The notes beneath the pieces were generated by a model. It worked only from the letters and a program-made list of their open reading frames with translations, was not told the DNA's origin and did not search any database. Made by a program: the position numbers and the translations under genes. From Pseudomonadota bacterium (lineage in GTDB: Bacteria > Pseudomonadota > Gammaproteobacteria > Xanthomonadales > Xanthomonadaceae), in the NCBI GenBank assembly GCA_018242485.1, contig JAFEBV010000039.1, positions 1,057 through 65,056 of the forward strand: DNA of 64,000 nucleotides. Direction: 5' to 3'. Shown here one piece after another: positions 44,011 through 53,553 of this stretch. The number at the start of each line of letters is the position of its first letter. Position 1 is the stretch's first letter.

Positions 44011-44664
44011 TCAACGCCCTTTCGGGTGCTCCGCCGCCCGCACCTGCTGCCCGCTGCTCAGCGTCCAGCCCACGACATCGTGCAGCACGCCACTCAGCGC
44101 GGTGTCGAAGGCCTGCGCGACCGCATGCACATCGGTGGCGGTCGCGTCGGTGGTCTGGTGGAACACCCGCGCGGCAACCACCCGCGAGCTGGCGAAGTCC
44201 ACCAGCCGCGCGCTCACCGTCACCTCGATCTGCGGCGACCCGGCAGGCGTGCGGTACACCGCCTGATAGTCGCGCAGATCCATCTGCAGGATGAAGTCGT
44301 TGCGCAGGCCGCCGGACTGGCGACCGACCGCGAGGATCTTGCCGGAATCCTCGAACGCGCCGATCGTCGCCTGTTGCACGACATCCGGCACGCGGTCGGG
44401 CCAGGTCACGCCCTTGTACACCTCGATGCGGCCGGGCGTGGGGATCACCGCCAGCCGCGGCGAATCGAGCTGGTCGTTGGCGGTGGGTCGGGCGACGGCG
44501 AGTTGCCAGCTCACCTGCGGCCAACCCGGGTCGGCTGCGACGTGCGCACGCGGTTGCAGGATCTCCTGCGGCTCGGGCTTGGGCAGGATGCCGCCGCAGG
44601 CCGCCAGGGCGAGCGCGCAGGCGAACAGGGCGGCGGTGCGGAAGGCGGATCGTTGCGCGCTCAT
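44011..44664 (-). CDS. ABC-transport auxiliary lipoprotein (PqiC/DUF330-like)
   Basis: Lipobox LALAAC after MSAQRSAFRTAALFACA. Start overlaps the mlaD-like stop. The upstream part of the 509-aa track ORF is out-of-frame overlap. Confidence 0.75.
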   Translation of the reverse strand: MSAQRSAFRTAALFACALALAACGGILPKPEPQEILQPRAHVAADPGWPQVSWQLAVARPTANDQLDSPRLAVIPTPGRIEVYKGVTWPDRVPDVVQQATIGAFEDSGKILAVGRQSGGLRNDFILQMDLRDYQAVYRTPAGSPQIEVTVSARLVDFASSRVVAARVFHQTTDATATDVHAVAQAFDTALSGVLHDVVGWTLSSGQQVRAAEHPKGR

Positions 44665-45617
44665 CGGGGCTGGAACTCCACGGGTTTGTCGCGGCCGAGC
44701 AGGTAGCCGGCGGGGTTCTGCTGGATCTTGTCCACGAGGCGATCGACCTGATGCAGCACCTGCCGCATCTGCGCCAGGGTCGGCCCGAGTTGCGCCAGAC
44801 CCTGATTGCTGAAGCTGTCGAGCGCGCCGCGGTTGGTCTTGAGAAAGTCGTCGGCGTTGCGGCTGAGCGAATCCAGATGCGCCAGCGTCTGGTCTAGATG
44901 ATCGACCATCGCCGGCAGCTTCTTGCCGACCTGCCCGTCCACCGTACCCATGGTTTTTTCGGCCGTGGCCAGCGTGCGGTTGAGGCGGTCGGTGGCTTCG
45001 CGCGCGGACTTGATGGTGGCGACGATGTCGCCGCGCTGCCCGGCGAGGCTGTCGGAGATCGCCTGGATGTCGGCGAGCGAGCGGCTGATGTGGGCGACGT
45101 TCTCGTCGCTGAGCAGCTTCTGGGTGTTGTTGAGCACGTTGGTCAGTGTGTTGGCGATGCCTTCCGAGGAATTGAGCAGCTTCTGGAACGCCGTCTGGCT
45201 GGCGTGCATCAACGGAATCTTGTCCGTCGTCTGGCTGATGAGCAACGGGGCATTGGGCGAGCCGCCATAGAACTGCACGAAGGACACGCCAGTGGCCAGA
45301 CTCTGGATCGCCAGCTGCACCTTGGTGTCGGTCTTGATCGGGGTTTTCGCCTTCACCCGCACGATCGCGATGACCCGGCGCGGGTCGCTCGGATCCAGTT
45401 GCATGTCGCGCACGTTGCCGACCTCGATGCCGTTGTACTGCACCACCCCGCCGACCGACAGGCCGGTGACCGATTCGTTCTCGTTGAACTCGATTTTGTA
45501 ATCCTGGAACGAACCATTCGCGGAATATTTGGACGCCCACAGGATGAACAGCAGGATCGCCGCGATCAGGCTGAGGGTGAAGATGCCGATGAGGACGTGA
45601 TTGGCCTTGGTTTCCAC
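44661..45617 (-). CDS. MCE/MlaD family substrate-binding protein
   Basis: N-terminal TM (HVLIGIFTLSLIAAILLFILW) followed by an MCE domain. 318 aa. Confidence 0.85.
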   Translation of the reverse strand: METKANHVLIGIFTLSLIAAILLFILWASKYSANGSFQDYKIEFNENESVTGLSVGGVVQYNGIEVGNVRDMQLDPSDPRRVIAIVRVKAKTPIKTDTKVQLAIQSLATGVSFVQFYGGSPNAPLLISQTTDKIPLMHASQTAFQKLLNSSEGIANTLTNVLNNTQKLLSDENVAHISRSLADIQAISDSLAGQRGDIVATIKSAREATDRLNRTLATAEKTMGTVDGQVGKKLPAMVDHLDQTLAHLDSLSRNADDFLKTNRGALDSFSNQGLAQLGPTLAQMRQVLHQVDRLVDKIQQNPAGYLLGRDKPVEFQPR

Positions 45618-45683
45618 TTCAATGCTCCTTCGCCGCGCGGATGGTCCGCGCGCACTGGCTGTCGCTGCGTGTTGCGTGGATCG

Positions 45684-46607
45684 TCATGCGTCTTCTCCCG
45701 CTGCCCGTTGCGCGGCACGGCCGCGCGGGCCGTGGAAGTATTCCTGCACCCACGGATGCTCGAACTGTTCGACCTGGCGGATCGGTGCATTGATCAGCAC
45801 GCGCTGGTCGGCCAGCACGGCGATGCGGTTGCAGATCGCGTACAGGGTGTCGAGGTCGTGGGTGATGAGAAACACGGTGAAGCCCAGCGCCTGCTGCAGG
45901 GTGAGCAGGAGTTGATCGAACGCCGCCGCGCCGATCGGATCCAGTCCGGCGGTGGGCTCGTCGAGAAACAACAAGTCCGGGTCGAGCGCCAGCGCGCGCG
46001 CCAGCCCCGCGCGCTTGCGCATGCCGCCGGACAACTGCGAGGGCAGTTTGTCGCCGGCGGCGTCGGGCAGGCCGGCGAGGCGGATCTTCAGGCGCACGAG
46101 GTGCTCGCGCAGGTCGTCGCCGATCTGCTTGTGGTGTTCCTTGAGCGGCACCGCGACGTTCTCGGCCACGGTCAACGACGAAAACAGCGCACCGTCCTGG
46201 AACAGCACGCCGCTGTTGAGTTCGATCCGGTGGCGTTCGTTCTCGTCGGCGCTCAGCGCATTGGATCCGAACACGCGGATCGTGCCGGCCTGTGGATGGT
46301 TGAGGCCGAGGATGCTGCGCATCAGCACCGACTTGCCGGTACCCGAGCCACCGACCACACCGAGGATCTCGCCGCGGCGCACGTTCAGGTCGAGGTTCTT
46401 GTGTACCACCTGTTCGCCGAACTGGTTGGTCAGCCCGCGCACCACGATGGCCAGATCGTCGTCCGAACCGACCTCCGGGCGGTTGCCGGGATGGTCGTCG
46501 GTCGCGGTGGGTCGGCGCACGTCGCACAAGGGCGTGCCCTCGACCGGCTTGCGTTCGCCCCCATCCGGCCCGGGCTCGCGGCGATAGGCCTCCAACCCTC
46601 GGTTCAC
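45684..46607 (-). CDS. ABC transporter ATP-binding protein (MlaF-like)
   Basis: Walker A GGSGTGKS, signature LSGGMRKR, Walker B LLFLDEPTAGLD. Proposed GTG start overlaps the permease stop (GTGA). There is no ATG upstream of the Walker A in this frame within the gene. Confidence 0.8.
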   Translation of the reverse strand: MNRGLEAYRREPGPDGGERKPVEGTPLCDVRRPTATDDHPGNRPEVGSDDDLAIVVRGLTNQFGEQVVHKNLDLNVRRGEILGVVGGSGTGKSVLMRSILGLNHPQAGTIRVFGSNALSADENERHRIELNSGVLFQDGALFSSLTVAENVAVPLKEHHKQIGDDLREHLVRLKIRLAGLPDAAGDKLPSQLSGGMRKRAGLARALALDPDLLFLDEPTAGLDPIGAAAFDQLLLTLQQALGFTVFLITHDLDTLYAICNRIAVLADQRVLINAPIRQVEQFEHPWVQEYFHGPRGRAAQRAAGEDA

Positions 46608-47725
46608 AGATTGATCTCCATGAAGAACACCGCGGCGATCGCATCGAGCACGATCACCAGCGAGATGCACTGCACCACCGCCGAGGTGGTGCGCTCGCCC
46701 ACCGACTGCGCGGTGCCCTGGGTCTGGAAGCCTTCGAGGCAACCGATCAGCGAGATCACCGTGGCGAACATCGGCGTCTTGACGATGCCGACGACGAAAT
46801 GCCGCAACTCGATCACCTGATTCAAACGCGACCAGTACAGATCCAGCGGTATGCCCAGCGCCAGCCAGCTCACCACCGCGCCGCCGACGATGCCCATGCA
46901 CATGGCGATGAAGGTCAGCAGCGGCAGGGTCACCAGCAGCGCCACCAGCCGCGGGATCACCAGCAATTCGATCGGATCCAGCCCGAGCGTACGGATGGCG
47001 TCGATCTCCTCGCGGTTCTGCATCGCGCCGATCTGCGCGGTGAACGCGCTGGCGGTGCGCCCGGCGAGGATGATCGCGGTGAGCAACACACCGAACTCGC
47101 GCAGGAAGGCGTAGGACACCAGCTCCACCACGTAGATCTGCGCGCCATAGGCCTGCAGCACGTTGGCGCCGAGGAAGGCGAGCACCGCGCCGACCAGGAA
47201 CGACAGCAGGATCACCAGCGGCACCGCATCGAGGCCGACGATCTCCATGTGGTGGATGGTCGGGGTGGCACGAAAGCGCGCCGGATGCGTGAACACTTTC
47301 AGGAAGGTCTTCAGGGTCAGGCCCATGAAGCCGATCAGGGCGATGATTTCCACGATGCTGTCCTGCACCGAGAACCCCAGTCGCCCGAGTGCAGCGAAGA
47401 CGCCCAGTTCCTTTTTCTTCGCCGGCAGCGGCTGCGCATTGACCGCATCGATGCGCGACATCAGCGCCTGCTGCGATGCCGACAGATGCAGTGCATCGGG
47501 CTCCAGTTGCAGGCGATCGAGCAGGCGATTGAGCAGCATCGCCCCGGCTGAATCCATGCGCTGCAATCCGCTGGCGTCGATGCGCTGCGCACGGCTCGCG
47601 CGTGCCACCAGATCCTCCACCGCCGGCGCGGTTTCCAGCACCCACGCGCCGCCGGCGCGCAGGGTGTCCGCGGCATCGCCGGCGAGCACGAGGGTGGGTG
47701 GATCGTTGCCGGGTACCGCGTTCAT
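46604..47725 (-). CDS. MlaE-family ABC permease with an N-terminal STAS/MlaB-like extension
   Basis: The C-terminal ~260 aa is MlaE-like (REFGVLLTAIILAGRTASAFTAQIGAM). The N-terminal ~110 aa resembles an anti-sigma-antagonist/STAS fold (RIDASGLQRMDSAGAMLL). Confidence 0.8.
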   Translation of the reverse strand: MNAVPGNDPPTLVLAGDAADTLRAGGAWVLETAPAVEDLVARASRAQRIDASGLQRMDSAGAMLLNRLLDRLQLEPDALHLSASQQALMSRIDAVNAQPLPAKKKELGVFAALGRLGFSVQDSIVEIIALIGFMGLTLKTFLKVFTHPARFRATPTIHHMEIVGLDAVPLVILLSFLVGAVLAFLGANVLQAYGAQIYVVELVSYAFLREFGVLLTAIILAGRTASAFTAQIGAMQNREEIDAIRTLGLDPIELLVIPRLVALLVTLPLLTFIAMCMGIVGGAVVSWLALGIPLDLYWSRLNQVIELRHFVVGIVKTPMFATVISLIGCLEGFQTQGTAQSVGERTTSAVVQCISLVIVLDAIAAVFFMEINL

Positions 47726-47839
47726 CGATCAGTCCGGTGGGCTGGCGTGGCAAGTGTAGCCAGCGCCGCGCCATCGTGCGCGTCGCCGGCCGCAGGTTGC
47801 GCGCGAACAGGAACAACCACGCACCGACGAGGCTTGCGC

Positions 47840-49159
47840 ATGATCGCGTTAGCCTCCAGTCTGCGCGGCATGGCGACACCCGCTCCCATTGCAGACGCGC
47901 AAACTGCCGCGAAGCGGTCAGAGGATCGGCTTGCGGGCGTGTCCTACGGCGATCGCATCGGCTTCGTGATCGAACTGGCCAAACGCCTGCACAGCTACGG
48001 CACCACCGCGCAGCGGCTGGAAGGGGCGATCGGCGCGGTGGCGCGGCGGCTGGGGTTGCGCTGCCATCCATGGTCGAACCCGACCGGGATGATCCTGTCC
48101 TTCGCCGAGGCGGGCAGCAGCACTGCCGTGTACGACACCACCCAGGTGATCCGGCTGGAACCGGGCGGCATCGAACTGCGCAAGCTGTGCGCGGCCGATG
48201 CGATCGCCGAGGACGTGATGGCTGGCCGTTGCGACCTTGCCGAAGGCTCGGCAGCGCTGAAAGCGCTCGACCGCGCGCCGGGACGCATGGCGATGGCGCT
48301 GGAAGCCGCGTGCTTCGGTTTATCGGCGGCGTCCGTCGCCGGCCTGTTGCGCAACAGTTGGTTCGACATCGCCGCCGCCGGCCTGATCGGCACCTTGATC
48401 GGACTGCTGCACTGGATGGCTTCGGCACGCCCGCGCCTGCTGGAAGCCGAGGAAGCGCTGGCCGCCTTCGCCGCCACCCTGCTCGCCGCGGCGGTGGCGA
48501 CTTTCGTCATCCCGCTGACGACCAAGACGGTGCTGATCGCCGCGATCATCGTGTACATGCCGGGCATGACGCTCACTAACGCCGTTGCGGAGTTGTCCAG
48601 CCAGCATCTGGTATCGGGCACCGCGCGATTCGGTGGCGCGCTGGCAACCCTGATCAAACTCACCTTCGGCACGCTGGCGGCGATGCAACTCGTGCAGGTG
48701 CTCGGCTGGCGACCGCACGAGGCGGTGGAACACCGCGTCGGTGCGTGGGTGGAATGGGCATCCCTGCTCGCAGCCGCGTATGCGTTTGCGGTGCTGTTCC
48801 GCGCGCATCGCCGCGATTATCCACTGGTGATGGCGTCGGCGGCGCTGGGTTATCTGATCACCCGCTGGGTGGGTTCCAAACTAGGCAACGATGCCGGCGT
48901 GTTCTTCGGCAGCATGGCCATCAGTGCGCTCAGCAACGCCTATGCGCGCTGGGCCAAACGCCCCGGCGCGCTGGTGCGGGTGCCGGGCATCATCCTGCTG
49001 GTGCCCGGCAGCGTGAGTTTTCGCAGCTTGACCTTCGTGCTCGAACGCAACCTCATGCTCGGCCTGAGCACGGCGGTGGCGGTGGTGACCGTATTGATTG
49101 CGCTCGTCGCCGGTGTACTGTTCGGCAACCTGCTGATTTCCGCGCGGCGGAATCTGTAA
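47840..49159 (+). CDS. threonine/serine exporter (ThrE) family protein
   Basis: N-terminal soluble DUF1212-like part (FVIELAKRLHSYGTTAQRLE) plus about 10 TM segments. Start uncertain. Confidence 0.7.
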   Translation: MIALASSLRGMATPAPIADAQTAAKRSEDRLAGVSYGDRIGFVIELAKRLHSYGTTAQRLEGAIGAVARRLGLRCHPWSNPTGMILSFAEAGSSTAVYDTTQVIRLEPGGIELRKLCAADAIAEDVMAGRCDLAEGSAALKALDRAPGRMAMALEAACFGLSAASVAGLLRNSWFDIAAAGLIGTLIGLLHWMASARPRLLEAEEALAAFAATLLAAAVATFVIPLTTKTVLIAAIIVYMPGMTLTNAVAELSSQHLVSGTARFGGALATLIKLTFGTLAAMQLVQVLGWRPHEAVEHRVGAWVEWASLLAAAYAFAVLFRAHRRDYPLVMASAALGYLITRWVGSKLGNDAGVFFGSMAISALSNAYARWAKRPGALVRVPGIILLVPGSVSFRSLTFVLERNLMLGLSTAVAVVTVLIALVAGVLFGNLLISARRNL

Positions 49160-49182
49160 TGGTCGGCGGCGTCTGAAAGCAC

Positions 49183-49205
49183 GACGCCGGCGCAAAGCCG
49201 GCGTC
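49183..49205. terminator. bidirectional hairpin GACGCCGGC-GCAAA-GCCGGCGTC between convergent thrE-like and hns genes
   Basis: Perfect 9-bp stem seen directly in the 71-bp convergent gap. Confidence 0.5.
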
Positions 49206-49230
49206 GCAGGGTTACGTTGCCCAATCGGCT

Positions 49231-49602
49231 TTACTTGGTAATCGCGAATTCCGCGAGCGTGCGGCCCTTGGCGATTTCCGCGACCAGCCACTTCGGCTGC
49301 TTGCCGCGCGCCGCCCAGGTTTCCTTGTGGTTGTCGGGGTTGCGGTATTTGGGTTCGAGTTTGGAACCGGCCTTGGCACCCTTGCGCCTGGGTGCCTTGG
49401 CAGCGACTTTCTCGGCCTTCTGCGGCGCGCCATGACCAAACAGCTCGCCTACGGTGTAGCCGGCCTTTTTGGCGATGGCATTGATCTGCCGGCGCACGCC
49501 GGCGGCGGGTTTGCGCTTGTCCAGCTTCTTCTTGCGCTGGTTCGCCTTGGAAATCAGGGCGCCGAGTTCCTTGGCCGACAGGGTTTCGATATCGATCGAC
49601 AT
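49231..49602 (-). CDS. H-NS family nucleoid-associated protein (XrvA-like)
   Basis: 123 aa. N-terminal coiled-coil. C-terminal DNA-binding motif ETWAARGKQPKWL (TWxGRGxxPxW type). Confidence 0.8.
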   Translation of the reverse strand: MSIDIETLSAKELGALISKANQRKKKLDKRKPAAGVRRQINAIAKKAGYTVGELFGHGAPQKAEKVAAKAPRRKGAKAGSKLEPKYRNPDNHKETWAARGKQPKWLVAEIAKGRTLAEFAITK

Positions 49603-49755
49603 GGGTGGATTCTCGTTGTTCGTGAGGGGTTGCCCACGGGGCGGGGCACGAACATGTTAACCCTGTCTGTACGAAAAGTGAAATGCCGGGAATTATCGAC
49701 TCCCGGCAAGGCAATGGTTTTTCGTGGTTATCCGATTTGCCGATTCAACCCAGAT

Positions 49756-49785
49756 CCAGCAGGCTGTTGAGAAACAGCCTGCTGG
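49756..49785. terminator. 13-bp-stem hairpin CCAGCAGGCTGTT-GAGA-AACAGCCTGCTGG downstream of proS
   Basis: Perfect inverted repeat about 110 nt after the proS stop. No clear U-tract, so it could be a REP rather than a terminator. Confidence 0.4.
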
Positions 49786-49894
49786 TGCGATCCAAGGATG
49801 GACGAGTTGAGACTGCGCCGCAGGCGCGAACGGCGATGCCGGCCCAAAGGGCGAGCCGCCGCAAGCGGCGAGTCAAGCGCAGGTAAGCACTTTC

Positions 49895-51601
49895 TCAACA
49901 CTCTGCCAGACGCGCAAACACGGCGGCGCGGTCGAGTTGACTGGCTTCGGTGTCACGCCGGCCACGGTATTCGCAGGTGCCGGCAGCCAAGCCGCGTTCG
50001 GATACCACCACCCGGTGCGGGATGCCGATCAACTCGATATCCGAAAACATCGGGCCGGGTCGCAACCCACGATCGTCGAGCACGGCTTCGATGCCGGCGG
50101 CGTTCAATTCGCGATACAGGTTTTCCGCGGCCGCCGCGACTTCCGGATTGTTTTTTGGATTGATGATGCAAACCGCCACCTTCCACGGCGCCATCGGTTC
50201 GGGCCAGATGATGCCGTTGGCGTCGTGGTTTTGCTCGATCGCCGCGGCGACGATACGGGTCACACCGATGCCGTAGCAACCCATGTACATCACCTGCATC
50301 TTGCCGGCTTCGTCGAGCACGGTGGCCTGCATCGCCTGCGCGTATTTCTGCCCGAGCTGGAACACATGACCGACTTCGATGCCGCGCGCCAGATGCAAGG
50401 TGCCGCAGCCATCGGGCGACACATCGCCTTCGACCACGCTGCGGATGTCGGCGACGATCTGCGGTTCAGGCAAATCGCGACCCCAGTTCACACCGGCGAG
50501 GTGGTAACCCTTTTCGTTGGCGCCGACCACGAAATCGGCCATCGCCGCGACCTCGCGATCGGCGACGACAGCAATGTTCTTTCGTGGTCGCACCGGACCG
50601 AGGAAGCCGGGCTCGCTGCCGAGGTGATCGAGGATTTCCTCCTCGGTCGCCAGCCGGTAATCCCCCAGCCCGGGCAACTTGGCCAGTTTGATCTCGTTGA
50701 CGACGTGATCGCCGCGCACCAGCGCCAGCACGAAACCGGTGTGGGCGTCGCCGACGAGGGCGACCGATTTGACCGTGCGGGTCAGGGCAATCCCCAACAA
50801 AGCAGCAACTTCCTCGCAGGTTTTCTGCGTGGGCGTGTCGATTTTCCGCATCGATTCGGTTGCGCCCGGTCGCGGGCCGGGTGCGGCGGCCTGCGCCATC
50901 TCGATATTGGCCGCGTAATCGGAAGCATCGGAGAAAGCAATCGCGTCTTCGCCCGACGCGGCCATCACGTGAAATTCCTGCGAGGCATCGCCGCCGATCG
51001 CGCCCGAATCGGCGCGCACCGCGCGGAACTGCAATCCCAGCCGCGTGAAAATGCGCGTGTAGGCAGCGTGCATGTTGCGATATTCGCGCTCCATGTCCTC
51101 GGGCGTGAGGTGGAAGGAATACGCATCTTTCATCAAAAACTCGCGCGCGCGCATCACTCCGAAACGCGGGCGGATCTCGTCGCGGAACTTGCTGTGGATT
51201 TGATAGAGATTCACCGGCAACTGCTTGTAGGAGCGCAATTCGTTGCGGGCAAAATCGGTGACGACTTCCTCGGCGGTCGGCGCATAACAGTATTCGGCCT
51301 GCTTGCGATCGACGATCTTGAGCAATTGCGGCCCGAATTTCTCCCAGCGCCCGGTTTCTTCCCACAGTTCACGCGGTTGCACGGTGGGCATCTGCAATTC
51401 CAGCGCACCGGCGCGATCCATTTCCTCGCGCACGATCGCCTCGACCTTGCGCATCACCCGCAGACCCAGCGGCGACCAGGTGTACAGCCCGGCGCCGAGT
51501 TTGCGGATCATGCCCGCGCGCAGCATCAGTTGATGGCTGACGATCTCCGCGTCGGCGGGGGTTTCGCGGGCGGTGTTCAGATGGAAGCGGGACAGGCGCA
51601 T
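49895..51601 (-). CDS. proS: proline--tRNA ligase
   Basis: Start at [34 protein letters not shown], aligning with canonical ProS N-termini. 568 aa with an editing-domain insertion. Confidence 0.95.
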   Translation of the reverse strand: MRLSRFHLNTARETPADAEIVSHQLMLRAGMIRKLGAGLYTWSPLGLRVMRKVEAIVREEMDRAGALELQMPTVQPRELWEETGRWEKFGPQLLKIVDRKQAEYCYAPTAEEVVTDFARNELRSYKQLPVNLYQIHSKFRDEIRPRFGVMRAREFLMKDAYSFHLTPEDMEREYRNMHAAYTRIFTRLGLQFRAVRADSGAIGGDASQEFHVMAASGEDAIAFSDASDYAANIEMAQAAAPGPRPGATESMRKIDTPTQKTCEEVAALLGIALTRTVKSVALVGDAHTGFVLALVRGDHVVNEIKLAKLPGLGDYRLATEEEILDHLGSEPGFLGPVRPRKNIAVVADREVAAMADFVVGANEKGYHLAGVNWGRDLPEPQIVADIRSVVEGDVSPDGCGTLHLARGIEVGHVFQLGQKYAQAMQATVLDEAGKMQVMYMGCYGIGVTRIVAAAIEQNHDANGIIWPEPMAPWKVAVCIINPKNNPEVAAAAENLYRELNAAGIEAVLDDRGLRPGPMFSDIELIGIPHRVVVSERGLAAGTCEYRGRRDTEASQLDRAAVFARLAEC

Positions 51602-51608
51602 GGGGTTC

Positions 51609-51636
51609 AGAGGACGAAGGACAGAGGACAAAGGAC
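51609..51636. repeat. degenerate tandem heptamer (RRAGGAC) x4, same unit family as 11083-11106
   Basis: AGAGGAC GAAGGAC AGAGGAC AAAGGAC counted directly. Ends 7 nt from the proS ATG on the opposite strand. Confidence 0.8.
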
Positions 51637-51749
51637 AGAAAGCAGCCTGTCCCCAATAGGAGAAATCAGCAACGCAGAAAAATCAGAAAGCAGGGTCGTC
51701 GATGCGGGAACGGAAAGCGGATGGAATTTCCGAATTCCGAATAGTAACG

Positions 51750-51770
51750 AGCGCATCCGTGGGATGCGCT
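51750..51770 (-). terminator. hairpin AGCGCATCC-GTG-GGATGCGCT downstream of the DUF4124 gene
   Basis: Perfect 9-bp stem, followed on the minus strand by the T-containing CGTTACTATT. Confidence 0.5.
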
Positions 51771-51900
51771 GCTGACGAATGCGCCGAACGTATCGTCCTG
51801 ATTGCGAGCGAATGACTGCGCACAGCCAGACATCCACCGCACCATGCGCGGCCCGGTTCCGCAAACCCCGCCTGATGCCAACCCTGCCCCTGCGTCGCTG

Positions 51901-52365
51901 CTACTGCGCGCAGTACAAATCGACCTGCTTCTTGGCGTCGCTCAAGGCTTTGTCGTGCTGGGCGGCATTCAAGGTCACGGGCTTGCCGTCGCCGTTGAGG
52001 TCGGTTGTCACCGTGGCATGCTGGTTGAGGGTGTCCACGTTGTCGCGGGCCTGCTTGCACAACTGCGTGCGCTGCTGCTGCGCCGGCGTGGCGCTGCTAG
52101 CGGCGTTGCCGGCTGCGACGTGATCTTTGCCGCCGGAAGCCGGTGTCGCGGGCGAATTCGCATCGTCTGTGTCGACAGTGCCGGCCGAGGTGATCGTCTC
52201 GTACTTCTTGACGCCATCCGGCGGCTGCTGCGAATAGTGGGATTGCCCGTTGGCATCCTTCCACTTGTAGACGGTCTCGGCCATGGCGAGGCTGCCCGCG
52301 AGCAGTCCGATCGCCACGAGCAAACCGATGAGGGGCCGGACTGGGGCCGGGGAATGGTGGCGCAT
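51901..52365 (-). CDS. DUF4124 domain protein (secreted)
   Basis: Signal/TM sequence followed by VYKWKDANGQSHYSQQPP, the DUF4124 hallmark. Confidence 0.75.
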   Translation of the reverse strand: MRHHSPAPVRPLIGLLVAIGLLAGSLAMAETVYKWKDANGQSHYSQQPPDGVKKYETITSAGTVDTDDANSPATPASGGKDHVAAGNAASSATPAQQQRTQLCKQARDNVDTLNQHATVTTDLNGDGKPVTLNAAQHDKALSDAKKQVDLYCAQ

Positions 52366-52468
52366 GACGACCTCCGGGTGGTGCGGTCAAGTGAAGGGGC
52401 TATGGGCGGGCGGACGACCCACCGGCTACACTCTAGCGCAATCATGGCTGCCATCGTACAAGCCCACC

Positions 52469-53260
52469 ATGGATGAGCCCCCCCGGCCGGCACCGCGTTC
52501 GCGCGGGATCTACCTGCTCCCGAACCTGCTGACCACCGGCGGGATGTTTGCGGGGTTCTACGCCATCCTCGCCGCGGCGATCGGGCATTTCGAGACTGCC
52601 TGCATCGCGGTGTTCGTGGCCGCCATGTTCGACGGCATCGACGGGCGCATCGCGCGCCTGACCGGTACCAGCACCGAGTTTGGCGTGCAGTACGACTCGC
52701 TGGCCGATCTGGTCAGCTTCGGCATGGCGCCGGCGCTGGTGATGTACCACTGGGCCCTGTCCACGCTCAAGCTCGATTCGGTGACGCTGGGCAAGGCCGG
52801 CTGGTCGGCCTCGTTCCTGTATGCCGCCTGCGCGGCCTTGCGGCTGGCACGATTCAATTCGCAGGTGGGTGTGGTGGACAAGCGCTGGTTCATCGGGCTG
52901 GCGAGCCCCGCCGCCGCCGCGGTGGTGGTGTCGTTCGTGTGGACGATGGATCACCTGGGTTACAGCGGCGAACAGATGCGCTTTGCCGCGCTGGGCGTGA
53001 CCGTCGCCGCCGGCTTGTTGATGGTCAGCCGCCTGCGCTACACCAGCTTCAAGGGTGGCCGCACCAATCCCTCGCCGCCCGGCGAGCGCGTGCCCTTCAT
53101 GCTGTTGCTGGTGGTGGTGCTGATGATCGTGGCGATCAACATCTATCCCTCCGTGCTGCTGCTGGCGATCTCGTGGCTGTATGCACTGTCCGGTCCGGCG
53201 ATGTGGCTTTGGAACAAGATACGCCGCAAGTCCCCATCGACGCCGGCGCAAACGCCGTGA
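52469..53260 (+). CDS. pssA: CDP-diacylglycerol--serine O-phosphatidyltransferase
   Basis: CDP-alcohol phosphatidyltransferase motif DGIDGRIARLTGTSTEFGVQYDSLAD. Start at MDEPPRP. Confidence 0.9.
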   Translation: MDEPPRPAPRSRGIYLLPNLLTTGGMFAGFYAILAAAIGHFETACIAVFVAAMFDGIDGRIARLTGTSTEFGVQYDSLADLVSFGMAPALVMYHWALSTLKLDSVTLGKAGWSASFLYAACAALRLARFNSQVGVVDKRWFIGLASPAAAAVVVSFVWTMDHLGYSGEQMRFAALGVTVAAGLLMVSRLRYTSFKGGRTNPSPPGERVPFMLLLVVVLMIVAINIYPSVLLLAISWLYALSGPAMWLWNKIRRKSPSTPAQTP

Positions 53261-53553
53261 ACGCGCACTGGTCGGGCGAGCAGCAGCGCGTGCTCGCCGC
53301 ACTGGGTTATCTCCTGTACCAACCCATTGTCGTTCGCGTTGCGGATGTCATCAACACGCCCACCGTGGATGCGAACGCTGCGTTGGTCGCCGCGATGCTG
53401 CGCGCTGCAGGCGTGGACGCTGCCGGCATCGGCGACATCGACGCATGGTGGCGCGCGCAGGCCTTGCCATCGGTGGCGCAATTGCGTGTCGAGCCGTCGT
53501 GCAAACGCGCGATCTGGCCGCGGCTGCGCGCGCTGCGCAAGGGCGCGTCGTGA
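53257..53553 (+). CDS. possible DNA polymerase III psi subunit-like protein (HolD-like), 98 aa
   Basis: GTG start overlaps the pssA stop (GTGA) and its stop overlaps the rimI GTG start (GTGA). The position upstream of rimI matches E. coli holD-rimI. Weak motif resemblance: RVLAALGYLLYQP, and LRVEPSCKRAIWPRL versus E. coli LRANPTARAALWQQI, the latter recalled from memory. Confidence 0.4.
   Translation: MNAHWSGEQQRVLAALGYLLYQPIVVRVADVINTPTVDANAALVAAMLRAAGVDAAGIGDIDAWWRAQALPSVAQLRVEPSCKRAIWPRLRALRKGAS

Noticed and set aside
45684-48428. 914-aa track ORF suggesting a giant protein.
   Set aside because: Only the C-terminal ~307 aa (Walker A/B, LSGG) is protein-like. The upstream part runs out of frame through mlaE and antisense through the thrE-like gene. 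A GTG at 46607 coupled to the permease stop is the sensible start.
49684-49707. 7-bp-stem hairpin GCCGGGA..TCCCGGC upstream of hns, as a possible regulatory element or sRNA terminator.
   Set aside because: The stem is short with no U-tract and there is no supporting promoter. It cannot be distinguished from chance in GC-rich DNA.
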